From the human T2T-CHM13v2.0 reference genome, Homo sapiens: 64,000 bases of DNA. The notes under the pieces are model-generated. The model was not told where the DNA came from and did no database searches. It saw only the letters and a program-made list of their open reading frames with translations. Of the stretch, positions 57,301 to 64,000 are shown in pieces (position 1 is the first letter of the stretch; the number at the start of each line of letters is the position of its first letter). The stretch covers positions 6,688,001 to 6,752,000 of the forward strand of contig CP068257.2 in assembly GCA_009914755.4 (NCBI GenBank), in the 5' to 3' direction. The translations under genes and the position numbers were made by a program.

Positions 57301-59399
57301 CTGGAATGGAGTCATCCCGAGTGGAATGGAATGGTATGGAATGCAATGGAATGGAATGGAACAGAACGAAATGAAATGCAATGGAATAGATTGAATGCGA
57401 GTGGAATTGAATGGAATGGAATGGATTGGAATGGAAAGGTATGGATTGGAGAGGAATTGAATGGAATCAACACGAATGGAAAGGAAGGCAATGGAATGGA
57501 ATGCAAAGGAACGCAATGGAATCATCCAGAATGGAATGGAATGGAATGGAATGAAACTGAATGGAATGGAATGGAATGGTATAGAATGACCCGAGTGTAA
57601 TGGTATAGAATGCAATGGAATGGAACGGAATGGAATGGAATAAAATGGAAAGGAATGGAATGGAATCGACCCGAGTGAAATGGAATGGAATGGAATGGAA
57701 AGGAAGTGAATCAACCTGAGTGGAATGGAATGGAATGGAATGGAATGGAATGGAATGGAATGGAATGAAATGGAATGGAATGGAATCAACCAGAATGGAG
57801 TGGAACAAAATGGAATGGAATGGAATGGAATGCAATGGAATCAATTGGAATGGAATGGAATGGATTGGAATGGAACAGAATCAACACGAATCAAATGGAA
57901 TGGAATGGAATGGAATGCAATGGAATGGAATGGAATGGAAACTACTGGAATGGAATAGAATCAACCTGACTGGAATGGAATGCAATGGAATGGAATGGAA
58001 TGAAATGGAATGGAAAGGAATGGAATGAAATCAACACTAGTGGAATGAATGGAATGGAATGGAAAGGAATGGAATGGAATGGAATGGAATCAACACGAAT
58101 GGAATGGAACGGAATGGAATGGAATGGAATGGAATGTAACGGAATGGAATGCAATGGAATCAACTGGAATGGAATGGAATGGATTGGAATGGAACGGAAT
58201 CAACATGAATCAAATGGAATGGAATGGAATGGAATGCAATGGAATGGAATGGAATGGAATGGAAACTACTGGAATGGAATAGAATCAACCCGACTGGAAT
58301 GGAATGCATTGGAATGGAATGGAATGAAATGGAATGGAAAGGAATGGAATGGAATCAACACTAGTGGAATGAATGGAATGCAATGGAAAGGATTGGAATG
58401 GAATGGAACAGAATGGAATGGTATGGAATCAATCCGAGAGGAATAGTATGGAATGGAATGGAAAGGAACGAAATGGAATGGAATAAAATGTAATTGAATG
58501 CAATGGAATCAACCCGAGTGAAATGGAATGGAATGGAATGGAATGGAATGGAATGCAATCAATCCGACTGGAATGCAATGGAATGGAATGGAAGGGAATG
58601 GAATGTAATGGAATCAACAAGAGTGGAATGGAATGGAATGGAATGGAATGGAATGGAATGGAATGGAATGGAATGGAAAAGAATCTACCTATGTCAAATG
58701 GAATGGAATCGAATGGAATGGAAATTACTGGAATGGAATGGAAACAAACCGAGTGTAATGGAATGCATTGGAATGTAATGGAATGGAATGGAATGGAATC
58801 AACACTAGTGGAATGAATGGAATGGAATGGAGAGGAATGGAATGCAATGGAGCGGAAAGGAATGGTATGGAATCATCCTGAGAGGAATAGTATGGAATGG
58901 AATGGAATGGAACGGAATGGAATGGAATAAAATGTAATTGAATGCAATGGAATCAACCCGAGTGAAATAGAATGGAATGGAATGGAATGGAATGCAATCA
59001 ATCCGACTGGAATGCAATGGAATGGAATGGAAGGGAATGGAATGTAATGGAATCAACAAGAGTGGAATAAAATGGAATGCAACGGAATCACCCCGAGTGG
59101 AATGAAATGGAATATAATGCAATGAAATGGAATGGAATCAACACTAGTGGAATGGAATAGAATGGAATGGAATGGAATGGAACGGAATGCAAGGCAATGT
59201 AATCAACTGGAATGGAATGGAATGGAATGGAATGGATTGGAATGGAATGGAATGGAGTGGAATGGAGTGGAATGGAATAACATGCAACCAACTTTGGTGG
59301 AATGGTATGGAATGGAATGGAAAGGAATGCAACGGAGTGGAATAAAAAAGGCATGGAATGGAACTGATTCAACCCGAATGGAATGGAACGGAATGGAAT

Positions 59400-60050
59400 G
59401 CAATGGAATCAACTGGAATGGAGTGGAATGGATTGGAATGGAACGGAATCAACCTGAGCGAAATAGAATGGAATGGAATAGATTGGAAACTACTGGAAGG
59501 GAATGGAAACAACCTGACTGGAATGGAATGCAATGGAATGGAATGGAATGGAATGGAATGGAATGGAATGGAATGGAAACAACCCGAATGAAATGGAATG
59601 GAATGGAAAGGAATGAATGCAATGGAATGGAATGGGATGGTATGGAATGCAATGGGATGGAATTGAATGGAATGGAACGGAATGGAACGGAATGGAATGG
59701 ACCTCAATGGAATGGAATGGAATGGAATGGATTGGAATGGGATGGAACGGAATTAACCCGAGTGGAATGGAATGGAATGGAATGGAACGGAATGCAATGG
59801 AATGGAATGGACCCCAATGGAATGGAATGGAATGGAATGGAATGGAATGGAATGGAATCAACCCGAGTGGAATGTAATGGAATGGAATGCAATGAAATGG
59901 AACGGTATGGAATCAACACTAGTGGAATGGTGTGGAATGGAATGGAACGGAACGGAATGGAATGGAATGGAATCAACGTGAATGGAATGGAATGGAATGG
60001 AATGGAATGGAATGGAATCAACCAGAGTGGAATGGAATGGAATGGAATGT
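59400..60050 (+). repeat. Partner copy of the 53570-54350 module block.
   Basis: See the 53570-54350 entry. Confidence 0.7.
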
Positions 60051-63000
60051 AACGGAAGGGAATGTAATGGAATCAAATGGAATGGAATGGAATGGAATCA
60101 ACCTGAGTCAAATGGAATGGAATGGAATGGACTGGAAACTACTGGAATGGAATGGAAACAACCCGAGTGGCATGGAATGAAATGGAATGGAATGGAATGG
60201 AACGGAATGGAATGGAATGGAATGGACTGGAAACTACTGGAATGGAATGGAAACAACCCGAGTGGCATGGAATGCAATGGAATGGAATGGAATGGAATGG
60301 AATGGAATGGAATGGAAGGTAAAGGAATGGAATGGAATCAACCAGCCTGGAATGAAATGGAATGGAAAGGAATGAATGGAATGGAATGGAATGGAATGGA
60401 ATGGAGTAAACCCGAGTGGAATGGAATGGAATGCAATGGAATGGAATGGAATGCAGTGGAATGGAATGGAATGAAATGGAATGGAATGGATTGGAATGGA
60501 ATTGAATGGAATCAACCGTAGTGGAATGGAATGTAATGGAATGGAGTGGAATGCAATGGAATGGAATGGAATGGAATGGAATTGAAGGGAATTGACCCGA
60601 ATGGAACGGATTGGAATGGAATGGAATGGAATGTAATCAAATGGAATGGAATGGAATGGTATGGGATGAACCCGAGTGGAATGGTATGGAATGGAATGGA
60701 ATGGAATAAAATGGAAAGGAATGGAATGGAATCAACCAGACTGAAATGCAATGGAATGGAATGGAAAGGAATCAAGCGGAGTGGAATAGAATGGAATGGA
60801 GTGGAATTGAATGGAATGGAATGGAATGGAATGAAATGGAAAGGAACGGAATGGAATCACCCCGAGTGGAATGGAAAAGAATGGAATGGAATGGAATCAA
60901 CCTGCGTGGAATGGAATGGAACGGAATGGAATGCGATGGAATGGAACGGAATGGAATGGAATGGAACGGAATCATCCCGAGTGGAATGGAATGGTATGGA
61001 CAGCAATGGAATGCAATGGAACAGAATGGAATGGAATGGAATGGAATAAACTGAATCCGAGTGAAATTGAATGGAATGGATTGGATTGGAATGGAATGGA
61101 AGGGATTGGAATGCAATGGAATGGATTCACCCAAGTGGAATGTAACAGTTAGGAATGGAGTGGAATGGAATGGATTGGAATGGAACCAACACGAATGGAA
61201 TGGAACGCAATGAAAACGAATGGTATGGAATGGAATTGAATGGAAAGGAATCAACCCGAATGGAATGGAATGGAATGGAATGGAATGGAATGGAATGGAA
61301 TCAACCAGAGAGCAATGCAATGGAATGGATTGCAACGGAATGGAATGGAATGTAACGGAACGGAACAAATGGAATGAACCCTAATGGAATGGAATGGAAT
61401 GGAATGGATTGGAATGGAATGGAATGGAATCAACCAGAGTGGAATGGAATGGAATGGAATGGAGTGGAATGGAATGGAATTGAATGGAATGGAATAGAAT
61501 GGAATCAACCCGAATGGAATGGAATGGAATGGAATGGAATGGAATGGAAAGGAATGGAATGCATTTGACTGGAATGGAATACAATGGAATCAAGTGGAAT
61601 GGAATGCAATGGAATGGAATGGAAAGGAACTGCATCAACCTGAGTGGAATGGAATGGAATGGAAAGGAATGGATTGGAATGGAATGGAATGGAATCAACC
61701 CGAGTGGAGTTGAATAAAATGGAATGGAATGGAATGGAATGGAATGGAATGGAATGGAATGGAATGGAATAAACGCGAGTGGAATTGAATGGAATGGAAT
61801 GGAAAGGAATGGAATAGAATGGAATGGAATGGAATGGAATGGAATGGAATGGAATGGAATCAACTGGAATGGAATAGAATCAACCCGAGTGGAGTGGAAT
61901 AAATGGAGTGGAATGGAATGGAATCAAGCCGAGTGGAACGGAATGGAATAGAATGGAATGGAATGGAATGGAATGGAATCAACCTGAGTGGAGTGGAATA
62001 AAATGGAATGGAATGGAATGGAATCAAGCCGAGTGGAATGGAATGGAATGGAATGGAGTGGAATGGAATGGAATCAACCCGAGTGGAATGGAATGGAATG
62101 GAATGGAATGGAATGGAATGGAATGGAACGGAATGGAATGCAATAGAATCAACTGGAATGGAATGGAATGGAATGGAATGGAATGGAATGGAATGGAATG
62201 GAATGGAAAGAATCAACCTGAGTCAAATGGAATGGAATGGAATGGAATGGAATGGAATGGAATGGAAACTACTGGAATGGAATGGAAACAAACCGAATGG
62301 AATGGAATGCATTGGAATGTAATGGAAAGGAATGGAATGGAATCAACCCTAGAGGAATGAATGGAATGAAATGGAAAGGAATGGAATGGAATGGAGCAGA
62401 ATTGAATGGTATGGATTCAACCCGAGAGGAATAGTATGGAATGGAATGGAATGGAACGGAATGGAATGGAATAAAATGTAATTGAATGGAATAGAATCAA
62501 CCCACAGGAAATGTAATATAATGGAATGGAATGGAATGGAATGAACCCGAGTGGAATGCAATGGAATGGAATGGAATGGAATGGAATGGAATAAACCATA
62601 GTGGAAAGAAATGGAATATAATGCAATAGAATTGAATGGAATCAACCCGAGTGGAATGGAACAGAATGGAATGAAAAGGAACAGAATGGAAGGCAATGGA
62701 ATGAACTGGAATGGAATGGAAAGCAATGGAATGGAATGGAATGGAATGGAGTCAATCCGGGTGGAATGGAATGGAATGGAATGGAATGGAATGGAATGGA
62801 AAGGAATACATTGGAATGGAATTGAATGGAGTGGAATGGAATGGTATAGCATGGAATGGAATATACCCGAATGGAATGGAACAGAATGGAATGGAAAGGA
62901 ATGGAAAGGAATGGAATGGAATGGAGTGGAATGGAATGGAACGCTACGGAGTCAAACCGGGTCTAATGGAAATAAATGGAATGGAATGGAATGGAATCAA

Positions 63001-64000
63001 CCCGAATGGAATGGAATGGAATGGAATGGAAAGGAAAGAATGGAATGGAAGGTCATGGAATCAACCCGAGTGGAATGGAATGGAATGGAATGGAATGGAA
63101 TGGAATGGAATGGAATGGAATGCAAAGGAATGGAATGGAATGGAATGGAATGCAAAGGAATGGAATGGAATGGAACGGAAAGAAACGGAATGGAATGTCA
63201 CGGAATGGAATGAACCCGAATGGAATGGAATGGAATGGATTGGAATGGAATGGAATGGAATCAACTCGAGTGGAATGGAATATAATGGAATGGAGTGGAA
63301 TGGAATGGAATGGAATGGAATGGAGTGGAATGGAATGTAATGTAATGGAATGGAATGGAATCATCACGAATGGAATGGAATGGAATGGAATGGAATGGAA
63401 CGGAACGAAACGGAATGGAATGGAATGGAATGGAATGAACCCGAATGGAATGGAATGGAATGGATTGGAAAGGAATGGAATGGAATCAACTCGAGTGGAA
63501 TGGAATGTAATGGAATGGAGTGGAATGGAATGTAATGGAATGTAATGTAATGGAATGGAATGGAATGTAATGGAAGGGAATCATCCGGAATGGAATGGAA
63601 TGGAATGGAATGGAATGGAATGGAATGGAATCAACGCGAAAGGAATGTAATGGAATGGAATGGAATGGAATGGTACGGAATGACCTGAGCAGAATGATAT
63701 AGAATGCAATGGAATGGAACGGAATGGAATGGAATAAAATGGAAAGGAATGGAATGGAATCAACCCGAGTGAAATGGAATGGAATGGAATGGAAAGGAAC
63801 TGAATCAACCTGAGGGGAATGGAATGGAATGGAATGGAATGGAATGGAATGGAATGGAATGGAATGGAATGGAATGGAATCAACTAGAATGGAGTGGAAT
63901 AAAATGGAATGGAATGGAATGGAATCAACCCGATTAGAACGGAATGGAATGGAATGGAATGGAATGGAATGGAATGGAATGGAATGGAATGGAATGGAAT

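Larger units (their letters stand above)
1..64000 (+). repeat. Satellite III (HSat3)-type pentameric satellite array, (GGAAT)n on + / (ATTCC)n on -, with interspersed CAACCCGAGTGGAATGG-type diverged monomers. It is uninterrupted and in the same orientation at both window edges.
   Basis: Read directly: GGAATGGAATGG dominates the whole window. The motif CAACCCGAGT (reverse complement ACTCGGGTTG) and its CpG-decay variants recur every ~40-150 bp. I saw no stretch longer than ~40 bp that is non-satellite. Every + strand ORF translates to MEWNG repeats and every - strand ORF to IPFHS repeats. The family call rests on the established HSat3 definition (ATTCC + A(T/C)TCGGGTTG). Confidence 0.93.
51040..64000 (+). 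repeat. Less-homogenised HSat3 zone with no multi-kb near-identical HOR pair. Short local periodicities include a ~280-370 bp sub-repeat array at 54.4-56.6 kb, a ~305 bp tandem duplicate at 57.86-58.40 kb and a ~436 bp repeat at 58.43/58.87 kb.
   Basis: The block GAATAAAAGGGCATGGAATGGAACGGAATCAA(A/C)CCGAATGGAATGGA(A/G)CGGAATGGAGTGGAATGGTATGG (peptide IKGHGMERNQ.EWNG.EWSG.VWNG) occurs at ~54521, 54801, 55170, 55541, 55901 and 56260. CATGCAATCAACTTTGGTGG occurs at 54421, 54461, 54721, 55481, 55811, 56191 and 56571. 57860-58160 is similar to 58160-58400. CAATCCGAGAGGAATAGTATGG...AAAATGTAATTGAATG occurs at 58432, 58868 and 62411. Confidence 0.65.

Noticed and set aside
1-64000. A CRISPR array or other prokaryotic direct-repeat system, suggested by the very regular short repeats
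   Set aside because: The unit is 5 bp with no unique spacers of 25-40 bp, no leader and no cas-like ORFs. The composition is the eukaryotic HSat3 satellite.
1-64000. Transposable-element insertions (Alu, L1 or SVA) interrupting the satellite
   Set aside because: I scanned for stretches longer than ~40 bp lacking GGAAT-like periodicity and found none. The most diverged spots, e.g. 6281-6360, 57581-57620, 61141-61160, 62941-62980 and 63661-63700, are still recognisable decayed HSat3 monomers.
1-64000. Alpha-satellite (171 bp) or telomeric (TTAGGG)n content, or a centromere-core boundary
   Set aside because: There is no 171 bp periodicity, no CENP-B box-like sequence and no TTAGGG runs. Both window edges are inside the GGAAT array.

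Overview
The entire 64 kb window is one eukaryotic simple-satellite array. I found no protein-coding genes, RNA genes, transposons, CRISPR arrays or prokaryotic-style defence or biosynthetic system. The + strand is essentially (GGAAT)n, and the - strand (ATTCC)n. It is interrupted every ~40-150 bp by a diverged monomer centred on CAACCCGAGTGGAATGG, with decay variants CAACCTGAGT, CAACCCAAGT, CAACACGAATGG, CAACCAGAGT, CATCCCGAGT, CCACCCGAGT and CAACTGGAATGG. This is the defining composition of human or great-ape Satellite III (HSat3; classical satellite 2/3 family; motif ATTCC plus A(T/C)TCGGGTTG on the other strand), found pericentromerically on chr9q12, Yq12, chr1, the acrocentric short arms and elsewhere. 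All entries in the supplied six-frame ORF track are artefacts. Neither GGAAT nor ATTCC contains a stop codon in any frame, so every frame stays open and translates to MEWNG... on + and IPFHS... on -. Above the pentamer the array has a nested higher-order-repeat (HOR) architecture that I could trace from recurring identical ORF-track peptides and marker strings. (i) 1-5.5 kb: one ~100 bp diverged module recurs every ~0.85-1.3 kb. (ii) ~5.5-39.8 kb: a mosaic HOR with ~7.0-7.6 kb period, plus a 4.5 kb offset near the start, in at least 4-5 iterations; its last two copies (26.2-32.8 kb and 33.2-39.8 kb) are nearly identical. (iii) ~39.98-51.04 kb: two near-identical copies of a different ~5.5 kb HOR. 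(iv) 51-64 kb: a less homogenised zone with short 0.3-0.45 kb local periodicities and a 5.8 kb-spaced duplicate. Orientation is uniform across the window, with no strand switch. The points worth a second look are structural and evolutionary rather than a novel gene system: the HOR family boundary near 39.8-40.0 kb, pentamer-tract length changes and a ~70 bp micro-duplication between otherwise identical HOR copies, retention versus decay of the CpG in the CAACCCGAGT motif, stress-inducible SATIII transcription potential, and assembly-collapse risk. I could not assign a chromosome from sequence alone.
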